Shown here one piece after another: positions 35,709-49,037 of a stretch of 64,000 nt of DNA (position 1 is its first letter; each line of letters starts with the position of its first letter). The notes beneath the pieces were generated by a model, which was not told the DNA's origin, did no database searches, and saw nothing but the letters and a program-made list of their open reading frames with translations. Location: assembly GCA_036172245.1 (NCBI GenBank), contig JAYWIR010000013.1, positions 1,178,001-1,242,000 of the forward strand, written 5' to 3'. Made by a program: the position numbers and the translations under genes. This stretch comes from Raillietiella orientalis. Lineage: Eukaryota.

Positions 35709-37640
35709 GCGTTGGCAGCGGCGTGGCTGCTGGGGTCTCCGCGCGCGGCACCGAGCGTCACGGGTTCGAATCCCGTCCGGGGAGGAAGGGTCGACGCCGA
35801 GAATGGGCGGTGCACCTCGTGGATTTCGAGTGCCCACCGCTGGATGACGCCGGCTGGCCCACGAGCTTCGGGTGTGGCTCTGGTTGACAGCCGGTCACGC
35901 CGGGGCGTTTACTTATAAAATAAACGAACGCGTCTGTGGCAGGACGTTTGATCCTGCCACGTTACTTATGGATAGAAAAGGAACCTGCCAGGATCTGGCA
36001 CGCAGGCCAGTGGGGTTCGCCTCGGCGGCACAGGGGAAGGGGAGACAAACAAAAAGAAAAAAAAAAAACAAAAAATGCAGGCAAAAAATGGGGGAATGGG
36101 GAGGGAGTCGGGAAGGGATCACTGTGTGCTGAAGGGAGTCCTCTGCATCCTTCTAAGGATGCCGGCAAGTTCTTGTTTTATGGTTCCCAGATGGGGTCAT
36201 CTGTCCTCATGAAGACAGCAAAATAGATGGCGACCCCGTCGTATGGGGGGTGTAATGTGTGGAGATGATAACGCCTGTTATTAGTTGGGCGATTAGGTTC
36301 CGGCCTCCTCTGGCTTTCTTAATGCGGTTCGAAGGCCACGATCCCGCGTAGGTAGCACAGTGCCGCTAGGGATGCGGCCGGCGTGAGGGCGTCGCGCAGG
36401 AAGAGGTGCTTTACAGCGTCTCTGGCGTTGCTGCCGGGGTTCCGAGGGTCGTGGCACTGGTGGAAACCGGAAACTCCCGGATGCTCCCGTTGACTGGCCT
36501 CGGGGATTGGATGCTGACCCCCCCAGGGTGGTCCTTCCAGGACATCAAGGAGCCTCTTCCCCTTCGGATGGGGATCTTCCACTGCGTACCATGGAGTGGT
36601 GCCGCTTTAGAATGTGAAGAAGCGTGTTGCTCCCTTCGGAGAAAATCGGAAATCGTCCCTTCAGGGTTCTCTTCGGGAGGAGGAGGAAACGGGGAGAGGA
36701 TCCTTTTGGGAGGTTCCCTCCGGAAAGGAAATTCCAGGAGAGATTCCTTCCTCTGGAGGGTCCTTCCGGAGAGCATAAGGAAAAGAGTTCCCTTCGGTCT
36801 TCCCTCCCAAGAGTGAGAGGAATGGACTCCTTCCTGGATCCATAGGGAAGTTACTCCCTAACTTCAAGAGTCACTGCACGCACCCTCGGGTGGGTGAAGT
36901 GGAACACTGTCGAAGAGCTTCACGAGTCTCCAGGCGAACGGTTCCGGATTGCTTGGAGAACCCTTCCCTTCCCCCTCCCTCCTTTTGAGGGGGGGAGATG
37001 AGTGCAGGGAGCGCTGTTGTCGACGCCTCGAGAACCGCGTCGGCGCAGATGCGCCGTCTCCATGGCTCGGCAGCTGAACATCCAGACCTTGAACGAAATT
37101 TCTTCTCCCCAGTCGCCTTCGTCTTACTGGAAAAACACCAGCGAAGATTTTTATTTTTATTTTCAAAAAAAAAGAGTTCACCCCAAATTCGCGGGGTGGA
37201 TTTTTTTACGGTCCTGTATGGACGAGGGCGCTGGTTCCCGGATGACTTCACAGGAAACACGCGGGATTGGCCGCCTGTCGCACTGGAGGCATGTTCCGTG
37301 CAAAGGGCGCCGGAAGCTCTTGCCGAGCTTTTCTCCGAGTCATCCGGGGTTCCTCCCAGGCGTTCACTCTCCTCAGGACTCCGTTCCCGTAGGCGAATGC
37401 TCAGCAGCTGAGGGTCGGCGGTGGCCGGAAGCTTCCCGACTCGGGAATACGAGAAAGGCGAAGGCAGAGCCCGGGGTGATACTCCCGAGTGTTCTGCTGC
37501 CTTGTGCGAAAGGAGAACCTCTTTAGAAAGGGTGGACAGCAGGGGCGATGGAAGACGCTACCCGCTTTACCCCTCTCTGCATCTCCTGGAACCTTCCGAT
37601 CCAAACCATTTTTCCTTGATGGCTCGTTGCAAAGAACTTC
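35709..37640 (+). repeat. Composite repeat, copy 4: tRNA-like head (35709-35895), interruption, tandem-repeat body (36440-36850), ORF-Y-like region (to ~37640)
   Basis: GCGTTGGCAGCGGCGTGGCTG...CGGGTTCGAATCCCG. The reverse complement is collinear with ~3890-5474, including the junction tcttcgacagtgttccac...ccctatggatccaggaagg. Confidence 0.7.
36281..36430 (-). pseudogene. Orphan ORF family Z fragment, inverted within repeat copy 4
   Basis: ARDAVKHLFLRDALTPAASLAALCYLR matches PRDSLRSLFVRDAMTPAAAALCCVR of copy A; both are followed by cgccc(c)aactaat. Confidence 0.6.
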
Positions 37641-40534
37641 GTGATTTTCACATGCCCTTGATGCGTGCGATCACGCTGGTTCGCGTCTGCATCCCGCATT
37701 CCTTGACACGTTTCCTTTTTCTTTCTTTCTTTTCTTTTTTTGCGCAAGCGCCGAAAGACGACGTCAGGAAGAGACTGGAGGAGAGGAAGGGCGCGAATCT
37801 AAAGTCTTGAGATCCTTTCAAAGGGGAAAAGGCAGCAACGCAAAGATCCTGGGAGGGGTCCTGGGAACCCCCCCGATCCGGGTTACCCGCTGGGATCACG
37901 GGCAAAAATTGTCCAAGTGTGCGATGACGACACGGACACGCTTCTTTTCCAGCTCCGCGCAGCAACGACCATGTGGATTCCAGGCCGCCGCGCGAGACGT
38001 AAATAAACATCCGCGGTTTCTTGCGGGTGGCGGAGCCGGCGGAAAAAAGAGTAGGGGAGAGGAGACGAAGGGGATGGGGGGAGCGTCCAGCATGCTTTTC
38101 CGCGTGCGTGACCTGCCTTGCTCTTGGCGGGTCAAGAGGCCTCTTCTGGAAACTGAAGCGCATTGGCACGAGACGGAAGCTGCGGCCCGCAAGGAAATCC
38201 CCACGCAGCACGCGTTCGCAAGCTCTCATCTCATCTCAAGCAGAACAGGGTCCGAGGTAACAGGATCCTTCGAAGAAGCGGCGACGCGCAACTTTCCTCA
38301 ACGAATGAGCTTGCGTGATGCTGCTATTCGGTGCGGAGGTCAAATAACGTGCAAATGCGCGGCTAACCGGGACGGAGTCGATGCCTTTACTTATCGAACC
38401 CCATCAGCTCATCCAGGATGGTCGCAGTAGCTGACTGGCTAGCTGGTCAGTTAGCTACCACGGGGGGTCGGGAGTAACCTCTCTCGAATCCAATTTTTTT
38501 TTTTTAAAAAAAAAAAAAGGAACGGAAAGATGAAAAAGTAAACAGACGCTTTTCGGCGTGCAACTCTGGTTCAAATAGGAGTGCAGCTAATCAACCAGAA
38601 CTGAAGAGAATCAACGTGTGGCTGCAAATGAAATCGAGGAGCCAACTCGCAACCCGAAAGTGAGATAAAAAAACAAAAAAAGCCCACGCCTCGTTCGTTA
38701 AGGGCTCAGGTTTGCTCGATTGAAGAGCAGATGCAAAAATTCAGGGACTTTTTTTTCTTTTTCTTTTTGACTGATACGATAACATATGGATAGACCTATG
38801 TTTGCATCGTTCGAATGAGGCAAATAATGTTCCAGAGCACCTCCCAACTCAACACGGTCCTCTCTTTAAGAACAGCAACCGCGGTGGTGAGGGAAGCTCT
38901 TACACGAGAACGAAAAAAGACCGTAAACGAAATTCCGAAAGTTCAAACACCGCGGGAGACACCTTTCGATTCTGAAATCTCTTTCTCGTTGCAGAGCATT
39001 TCCTTTTACCAGTCCTCGATTTCCGGATCTGAGAAAATGTCAATTTGCGTGTGTATGTGTTTTGTTTTCTCATTAGATGCTGCCTCTTTGTACATTACAC
39101 TTTCATTGACAAATGCGATTGAAGAATTGAGAGTCCGAGAGGAAAAACCAAGACATTAGTTATGCGAATTACGAGCAGGGAGGAACGAGTCGCACAGAGG
39201 ACACTTCAGGATGCAAAGAAAAACGAGCTTTTCACTCACTGACCTCAGCTGGAAAAATGCTGTGAACTTATGTGGCTCTGGATTGCAAAGGAAGAAAACG
39301 GTCCGGGGCACGAGTCACGGGTCTCGTGTCACACAAGTTCTTTACCGGTCTGGAACAAGGCACACGATAGGGAAGACCGCAGCGTCTTGTTCAAGCCAAT
39401 TGCTGGTGGGATAACCGACGGCGACTACCAGATGAAACTGTCGCGCTCGTCTCTATGGACACGCCGCAACTTGCCTTGCCATATGGCACCATCAACTCTG
39501 CATGAAATGCAAAGTTGATGGTGACCGAGACTAAGCGATACAGACCCAAATCCGTCTTTAATTCTGAAATGCAACTCGTCCAACTCGAAAAAAGCCCAGG
39601 ATCTGAAACTGCTCGCAGTTGTGTTACTTTGTAAGAAGACTTTTGAAGGAAGAGAGATACATAGAGAAGGGCATGTGCGAATAGGCCTGCTTTCGTACTG
39701 AAAAAAACAGCGGATGGTGCACAGGCGCAGAAGAGGGAAGAAAGGATGCGAAAGTCCCAAGCACGGTTACGCAGGCAATCGTGGAACGGTTTCGCAACCT
39801 CCCGGAGGCCCCGCCACGTGAAAAACGTATCTGCATGCTTTCCACAGAGTCGGATGTAAACAACCAGTCCACACCTCGAGGGTCACATTGGCCGTATGGA
39901 GGAACTTTGGCGGACGACTTCCGCAGTCCTTTACGGACTTCAGAGTGTACTCCTCGCTGGATACGACAATATGGCCGTAGGACGTGTAACCGGCACCGAC
40001 TCGGCTGCTTCGAACAGTGCTGCAGTTTATGCTTGGCAAAGCTAACAGGTTACCTGTATCAATGAAATGGACTCAAAAACACGTCTGATTATTAATGACC
40101 TCGTTTCTTTTCTTTTCTTTAAAAAAAAAAAAACACTCCATTGAGATTCTTTAGTCCGTTCAGTGTTAAGGCTTCTCGTTTTTTGGAAAGAATGGAGATG
40201 TAATACTAAATATTTATTATTCAATTCTTATTATTCTTGAACCTGTTTTTATGGTAAGCACATCGTTCTCAGACATGCACTTCCGATGACCATGTTCCAA
40301 TGAACACACGGCGATGATGTAGTTTTTCAAATAGAGTCTATGAGCTTTTCTTCCCCCTTTTTTTTTTTGGCTAAAAATTCCTACTGCTTGGGGTCCGTGA
40401 AGTTTTAGTAGGCCTTGACAAAAGATCTGGCCTGCGAAACCTTCGAAACATCCCATGCGTGAAATTTCGTGCATACTCACAAAATAATTAACAGGCAAAA
40501 TTGACCATGTCTTTGACAAAAAGTACTTTTTCAG

Positions 40535-40781
40535 ATTACCCTTGCCATGGTTCCTTTATGGCCTGATACACCTCGGTGATCCCATTCCAGTGCAGTCCAA
40601 GGGAATGGTCTGTTCAGTCCTGATGTTAGTCAGCATGCTAATACTGGTGTTCATTTCTATTATTGCTTTTGGATGGAAAATGAACAGAAAACTTGGTCTA
40701 ACAATGTTTATCATGTATTTCATCTTTGTGACGGTTAGTTTATTACTAGAGTACAATATTGTAGTTTGCCCCAAGTTGTAA
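40535..40781 (+). CDS. Nckx30C: NCKX exon 7 (terminal)
   Basis: tttcag|A TTA CCC TTG CCA TGG (GLPLPW) ... VQSKGMVCS...WKMNRKLG...VVCPKL*; AATAAA downstream at ~40865. Confidence 0.93.
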
Positions 40782-41088
40782 AAAGTGCCAAACTATTAAG
40801 CCCCATTTTATACAGAATGTCTTCAGCTTCCTTGTTAATCTATCCGTAATAATAAGGATGTAAAAATAAACATGCATAATAAATACGATCACATCATTGG
40901 TTTTGTAAATCAAAGCTTCATTTTTTTTCACAGGGTAGTGAAAACTCTTGACATTTATTTTGCAAAATATTTATTAAATTGTGCCCTATCACAAAAACAC
41001 ACCACACACATACATTTTCTACAAGCAATACACGCCAATAATTGAATAAAGGTTGGAATCAATAATTCAAATTTGATTTTATAACCAT

Positions 41089-44032
41089 TCAAGTTTCTTT
41101 CAGAGCTTCATCTATCTCACTGATGAAACCTTTCAAAGTATGCCACTGCTTTGCACTAAGGCTGATGCCTGTAAACTCAGAAAATTTAAATACCACATTA
41201 CCTATCGAAACTAACCTTTTTTCCCTGGTTTTAATTCACCATCTGCTTCATAATATTCACGGATGTCAACATACACCTTACCTTTGAAATCACGGACTTT
41301 GACAAAACGTTTATTTTCAAGATGCCACATTCGTGAGCCATCTGCATCGACTGAATAGCTAGCATTTTCTTTTTTTGTTTTCTTCAATAGAGGGCCACGC
41401 TAGTAAAAAAGAGGAAAAAAAACACTTACTTCATAAACAAATCAAACAAAGAATATAAAAATTTTGGTACCTCCAAAAAAATTACTCAAATACGAATTCA
41501 AAAGGAAAAAAAAATGCTTTAATTTGTTAATTTGATAACTAGTCATCACATAATCAATGACAAACAGTTTTCACTTTCACAAAACATATCTCATGGCTTA
41601 GAAAAAAAGATTCAAAAACAAGGGAAAGAATTTCAAACGGATAATGCAGCTTGAGGAAGGTATCCATTCAATACAAAATATACAAAATACACCCTGCATT
41701 CAACTGATAAATAAAGTTCCATATACTTCTGAAAAGTGGTATAATCTTTGGATGATGTTGCTATTCAGAAGGCCAGTTCCATATCAATTTGTTATGCTGT
41801 TTCAAGGAACGTAAAACGGCTCATTAATTCAAACTCCAATAAGCAGTGCATCACTAATACATGAGACAACAAACATTCTGAACTCCAATCTATCACAACA
41901 ATAAGCAGCTATTTGATCTTTTACTAAACTTTGCATTAAAATCTTTATTGTTGTTAATGTGTGCAATTACATAAGTGGTTGCAAATTTATAATTGGTGCA
42001 TTTCACAAACAGACAACTACAAATCAATAAAACTAAAAAATTAATAACATGAGAAAACAACCTAAACAAACTGCAATTTCAAACCATGTAATCTGCTCGA
42101 GCTTCAGCAGATCAAACTTGTAAAAAAAAAAAAGGTGAATGAAAATAAGCTATAAAACACAAAAAGTTTTCATTTTGTTGGAATACACTGCTTTTATGAT
42201 TTAATAATTAATTTAACTAAAAATAGCGCTATGTACATAAACAACATGCAACAATCACATTCACTTTATGATACAAAATACAAAACACATCATGATATAT
42301 AACTGCAATATATGCACTCAGAGTAACGAGAAATTTTTACCATAACTGAATGTATCGTATTTGGATTCATTCTGCTTAATGCAGGCCTTTAAAAGGAAAA
42401 CCTCAACTCTAAACAATGGGGAGTTAACAGCAGCAACTTACTAAATAATTTCATTATAAGAAATCAATAATGCTACTACCAGTAAATAGAGTGCATTTTT
42501 CAAATCAAAAATGCAAATGAAAATAATCAAGAATAACTAGACATATTTTTTATTCCAACAAATCTTCCCCTCAAATTGGAACTTTTGGTGAATACTTGTC
42601 GATTCTGACCACAGTGTACTTTTTGCACCTTAAAAAACTATACCATGAAAAAACTATTAATTCATGAACAAAAAAGCGAGATAATTTTTCCAACCTTCGA
42701 TTTTGAAGTGCAACTAATGTTAACCCTTATGAATCCTTCATTTACTCAAAAATATCACCAAATCTTTTACAAAAAGGAATTCGCCTGTAAAGTTCACGAT
42801 TGCCTTGAGAATTTCTTTCAATTTTGTTTCCCACTACTCATCAACAACATCCCATTAATACTTTCAAAATGAGAAAGTGTTTACATGTATGCAAATAAAC
42901 TTATGCTGAAAAATTCAAATGGCAGAAAATTCTATACTTCAGAACATTTTTATGTATACGGGTTTAAAAATACCTAAAAATGAAACACATGCATATGTTT
43001 ATGAGACAATATTGATCTTGGAATTCATTTTCCTTCTCACCTCGGGATAAAGCACTTTTAAGATTATATGAACGTCTTACACACTAAACGATTTATCGAC
43101 CTAGTACAACCTGGGCTTAGCATTTTCGCTAGAAGCAATAAGTAAAACGTCTTCATCTGATTAATACAAAACTACTTTGAAAAGTGAATTCCACTTGACA
43201 TAACTGTAAAAAAAATATTATGCCAAATACATGCTGCAGCAAATCAATGCATCCATTTACTAACTGAGATGAGCTAATTAAGACTTTAGTTGTATATGCA
43301 ACTCAATCTACATGACTTATGGGCAGTCATCGCCCAAGCGTTACATAGAAGATTTGGGGCAAAAGAATAAATCTTCAATGTATTTTTACTTTTAGCGCAC
43401 ATGACATCATACGTATACATTCTGTTTGGTAGCTTAATTCAATAGAACAAGCGAATGCTGAAAAAAATTGGTTGTTTGAAAGAATCCTTCATACACGTTG
43501 CAGATTTCTAACACGCCGCGCTCATGAATAGATAGAATATCGAATTCTATCTTGTCTACCAACAGATAACCACTGTAATTCTTCGAGAATTTTACTTAAA
43601 ATAAAAATGCATTTGTGTCTAAAATAATTTCTGAAATAATGTACACAAAAACAATCAACAGCTACCAAACGATTAATCTGAATGTTTACAATTATCTGTT
43701 TCATCCAAACAAGAGCCTCCGAAACAGATGCAGCTTGTAAAAACATCAATCAACAGTATGAACTACTACAATTTTGGCCCAATCTTTATTTGTTTAAAAA
43801 AAACACACAAAAAAAATGTTTACGAAGTACCAAAACTCATAAATCTTTTTCCGTTCACGTGAGACTATGCCACCAAAACAAGAAGTTTCACAAATTTTAC
43901 CTAACTCTGATGCCAACAGTATAAGAATTAGAAACCAAGTTAGTGAATCTTTACAAAAATACAACTTACATCATCAGGACCTGAATCTGAATCAGATTCC
44001 GACTTGGGTACACGTTTCTTGACTTTCGGCAT
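41089..44032 (-). CDS. SUB1: Transcriptional coactivator PC4/p15, 108 aa; complement(join(41089..41168,41216..41399,43970..44032))
   Basis: [21 protein letters not shown] / [31 protein letters not shown] / [13 protein letters not shown], the PC4 ssDNA-binding domain; GT-AG introns in consistent phase. Missed by the ORF track. Confidence 0.93.
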
Positions 44033-44859
44033 CGTCAACACCGTGCAATCGTAACACACCTTGTGCCCATTCGGAAGACCGGTTTGCTTCTTTGTTAGCA
44101 AACGTTACCAATATAACAAGATTAATTGCTGTTTTTAAAGGATTCCGAAACAAGAAAAGAAAAGAATTCAAATGCTATTGAGAACAAGACAGACACAGAA
44201 ATTATGGGATACCGAAACAACTTTCGTTTCGACAAACCTCCGCTTTGAGCTGTAGGATTCATTTTAGAGTGCATTTAATCATAAGTATTTGTTAATGATG
44301 ATTAAGTCCAAACATTATCATTTCAAGTATTTAGCAATTAAACATTCACATGAAAGTGACGTTAATAAGTGAACTTGAATAATTAGGTTCATATGCTATA
44401 GCTGCTTCCGAAAACTCTAAGGTAGGCTTAGAAATTTCAGATTTCTCGAAGCAGCGTCTTGTAATCGGAATCTACGTTTCCTGCAGTCAGGATCTGAATC
44501 ATTCTTATAATCACAGCACTAACAAGGATCAAATTTATCTTTTTCTGTATCTTGGAAAATAAATTGAAAGAATCTAGTATGATTCTGTCAAAATAGAAAC
44601 ACAAACAAGGGATAATATAAGACATAAAGAAATCTATAAATTGGAAAACAAAAAATCGTTTAGTAATCTGGGAATGGAATTTTCACAAAAAGAAAAGAAC
44701 GAAAAAATCGTATGCGCCTACAAACAGAAGTTAGAACAGTAACAAGCAGCTAAATAATTTCAGACGCAGAATGGAATAACCCGAAAATGCAAGATTGATA
44801 TGAAATTTAATGCAAACATGCAAAATTCTATTTTCCCCAATCCCACAAGGGTAGGGTAA

Positions 44860-46010
44860 ATTTATTTTCTTTTCATTCATGCTACATTCTCATCGTTCAT
44901 TGTACTCACACCACTTATAGCACTTTGAAGTCTACTTCTTGAGGTTTTCCACCGAAGTTCTGCACTTATGGGAAACTAGGCGTCGTATGTGCCTGGGCGT
45001 TGTCCTCAATCCTCTGCAGAATGTATCAATACGTCCAGACCGGCACTTTCCCATAGCTTCTTATGCTGATCTCTTTTGGGATAATCCCTTCCAGGATTTC
45101 CATTGGAGATACGGCCATCCTGGAGGTCTTCATCTTTCACCATGGCACAAGGATGGCGGTGATGAAGAGAGCGATGGCCATCCTAACCATGGGATTATAG
45201 CAGGGAACATTCCCATTTCCCATTCCCATCATCCCTACTAAGATTCCCATGACTGCAGTGGTGGGCAGCCCTATGACCTTTCAGGGTTTGCCAGTTTTAC
45301 TGCATCGTGGAACAGGTCAGGACGTGGTCTTGTATCCTTGTCTCCACGTGCTTTGCAGTCCTCGTCCTCTCTTCTTCCCATGAAGTGCTTCATCCTAGAC
45401 CCGCTTAGGATTCCTCCGTGATAAAACATCAGGAGGTTATCCTGCGAGTCTGCCGGTAAGTCACTCCTCCAGAGCGTTGTTCGAATCTGTAACAAGTTGA
45501 TCCGGTCACTCCCGTGGTGATCGGTGGCTTCTTGGAGGGCACTGGTGTCCTTATCCTCTTCCAATATCAGTCGGCGGAGATTCTGCTTGGCCACCCTGGA
45601 CTACGCGAAGTTATTGCGATTTTTTCACACTTCTCGGGTCCTGTGGGTGAATCTTCCTGTCACCATCTCGATGTACCGGAGAACTCGGGAGTGGTGAAGG
45701 TAACCTCCTTGCCTCCATTCTTGGATTCTTCGCAAGGTAACCCTGAACCACTGGTAGATCCAGCTCCTCGTGTCGCGAGGCACCAGGATGGATTCCTCTG
45801 GCCAGAGTTCCTTGCTCCTTGGTACGATCTATCAGTTGGTGCTTTCGCACCAGCCGCTGTTCCCTCCTCCATGTTGGGTCGATTGTGAAACATTCCTCTG
45901 CTCGGACTCGCAGCGCGGTCATCGGGCCCTTGTTGTTTAACAGCGAATAGGCCCTGTGCGCCGCATACGGCCAGTCGTCCCAATGGTCAGCGATGTCCAC
46001 ATGCAAAATT
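44860..46010 (-). mobile_element. 5'-truncated, decayed L1/Tx1-like LINE (ORF2 C-terminus)
   Basis: GC-richer island. TLWRSDLPADSQDNLLMFYHGGILSGSRMKHFMG...DCKARGDKDT..LFHD resembles the zf-RVT domain, followed by a hydrophobic tail and AATAAA at ~44860 on the minus strand. Confidence 0.55.
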
Positions 46011-49000
46011 CGATTCAGTCACCAAAGATAAGTAACCTCAGCTTAATCGAACACTTGAAGGTCTATTAGAAAAATTTTAGATTACCATTCAGTGTGTGGC
46101 TCAAATACCGATAGGCAAAAAACAAAACAAACTAAACAAGATCGAAATGAAAAAATTAAAGTGATTCATTTTAACAGGAAGATACTGCTTGGTACGAATG
46201 TTTAAAAGTGCCAGCAAAGAGAAATGAAATACCCGCAGTAAGAATAACAAAATTGCATTTTCATGCACTTCAATCACTAAATTAGGCACAAGCGTCAGAA
46301 GGAACTAATTTTATCATATTATTCAAATTTTCCAAGTCATAAGTAATGATTCCGAATTGATAACATTAACAGATACATAATTAAAATATAATTGTACTGG
46401 AATAGGTCAGTAAATGCTTGAGAATAAACACTAGTAGAGTTTTATGTTGAATCTAGCAAAAGTAGTAGCCCTTGTAAACCTTGCCTGGGAAAACGGGAAA
46501 CGGTAGAATTTTGAAAATGTTAACATATAATTACGAAATCACTCCAAAGAAGTCTATATTTTTTTTTACATTAAATTTGTATTAAACTATGCTACTCGAC
46601 TTCAGTCAAATGATCTTGAAGCATCGAAAACTACTGGAAATATATAATTTTCGAATCCCCGAGAATTCGTCCTCAGATAATTTGGAATTAAACTTCTAGG
46701 CACAAGGTATAGAAAAGTAAAGTGGATCGAAATAGTTCCGTATTCAGGTCACTTTTCGGATTCATAACATACAAAATATGTGAAAAACACTTGCTAAAAT
46801 GCTACAAATTAGAATGATTCTGGTAAGTGGATATTAAAGCCAATGGATGATTAATCATGCATAGGCAATGTCTCGGAATACTTTTTATGTGACGGGTTAG
46901 CATGATTTCAGAATTTTTGCTGATATTTCTAAACGTAGATGAGTCAGAGAAGTTCATTAACAACACAAAAAAAAATCTCTTTCACAGTTGAAGTGCACAA
47001 GTGACTGATAAAGGAATTCCTTGCTGTTCAAGACGTAAACTATTCAAGGGGCTTATTCATGGCTAGTGATTTTTCGCTTGTTTCCAAATTTTGTTTCTCC
47101 ATGGCTATCAGGTTTCCCGGATACATATGATACCTTTGCATGCTTTTTTTGCGAACTGGTCTTGTTTGTATATTATGATATGCTTTATGAAAGACCTGGT
47201 TGTTTCTGACCCACTTATGATCTGCTGATGTCCTCTTTCTACTTCAGTTCAGTTTCAGTTTCATTCAGTGTACATCTCAATCCTGAAATTTTATTAATAT
47301 TTCAACAATTGTGGGGCAATCTTGATTCATATTGATGCTTCTCTCTGCATAGATGGCTTTCCTTGAAATTTCTGGATTGGTGCTCTTTGACTTCAGTTTT
47401 TCCGATATTTCAAACGGAAATGTGAAAAATCCACAACATATTCAACGACTCAAGATAGACATTCAACGATCAAAAAAAAACTTCCATACTCAAGTATCTA
47501 CATTTTTGAATGTTGTCCATCCACCAATACCTGGCTGAGTACCCCCCCCCCCGCCCCGTTTTCAAATTAATTAAATGTAACCAATTCTATGTCTCATTCA
47601 TCGGAAACATGAATCTTTGTAATCTCTTCTCTTCATAGAATATCCTGTATCAGCCTGTATCCTTAAAAAAGGATTCGCTGCATAATGTGGATTGCAATAT
47701 TTTTAGTTCCTAAATTCTAACTGTTATTTTTTTTCTTCCTCTTTCCTAATGATTGCTTATGAGATTAAACGTTCTCCTTGTCTTTATTTTTTACATTTTG
47801 TTTTAGTTGGATCACAAGTTCCGAGAATTAGTGCAATCAAATGAAGCAGTATAAATAGTTATAATGGTCACATGGTGGACGTGAATCTATTAACCTTCGG
47901 AAGAAGAAATTCGACGTAAATGAATTTGGGAGCACTATTTTGCACCATTGGGTGCTTTTGTCTACATTCTGCCAGTCAACTACACATTATGCACAATGTC
48001 AATTCATCTTGAGAGCACACTTCAAGAGTTCAAGAGAACTGCTTTTCATTTTTGCATGAGCTTTTAAGTTAAAAACACAGGTAGTTACTTACTCATTTTT
48101 CCTGATTCAAAATGTGTTCACTTTTCAATGGCTTTATGGAAACATCTAGAGGTGACGCTTGCTTTCTGGCTCTTGCAGTTGGATATTTTCATTTTGTATC
48201 GAGCATTTTAGACTCATAAAATTACAAAATTTCTCAATGTTCTGAAGCAAAGGAAAAAAAAAGTCAGCACCATCCTAAAATACTGAATTCATTTTCAACA
48301 TGTACACACATCCAAAGGTATTCATTTACTTTTGCTTAAAGGACTGAGACAGCATGAAGTTACGAGTTGTTTCTAAAGTGATTTCAAGAAACTGTAATGA
48401 TTAACCTTGCCGTTGAAAAGAGCCTGTTTCAAATATGTTTAAGCTTGAATTCGATTCATACATCTGATTGTGAGTAGTGCAATGCTGGATGATGGATGTG
48501 AAGCCTCCGAAGGGGAATACCCAGAAATCATTATAGTACAGATTTACAGCACCGAATCCAGTTCTTGTATAGATTGAATCATCCTGATCATGTATAACAG
48601 AGCCCAACATTTCGATGATTCGTTTCATCCGCCATTCACTTACATGGAATGCACTATTCTATCACACGCAAATTTGTGACTTTGGTTTGGTTGTATAAAT
48701 ACCACTCATAATAAATCTTACACATATGGACTCAACACTCCAGAAATGTTTCATTTATTTTGAAAACTGCTGCATTTTTTTCTATGCAACTGAGATTTGT
48801 CGAATGATAAAAACCAGTTTTGAGAAATTTTCTATTTACAGCAAACCCAAAAGTAAATTGACGGAAATCGTGATTCACACACTACTACTGTCGCTTCTTA
48901 CATATATACTAATACGTCATATAAGGAATTATATCGACTTTGTGCATTACCAAGACTTCATACATTTCAAACTGTTGAAAAGACTACGTATTACTCGTGA

Positions 49001-49037
49001 ACATATAACAAACTGTCGAAATCCAGGCCAGTGTAGA

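Noticed and set aside
39780..40050. Merlin/IS1595-like or integrase fragment (GHIGRMEELWRT)
   Set aside because: Single weak motif with no supporting motifs or TIRs.
45900..46006. Gypsy integrase (WDDWPYAA motif)
   Set aside because: Motif order does not fit an integrase; downstream sequence fits a LINE zf-RVT C-terminus.
47840..48630. B-box/TRIM-like gene on the minus strand (EVCSQDELTLCIMC..KHPM)
   Set aside because: In-frame stops and no consistent exon chain; at best an unverifiable pseudogene.
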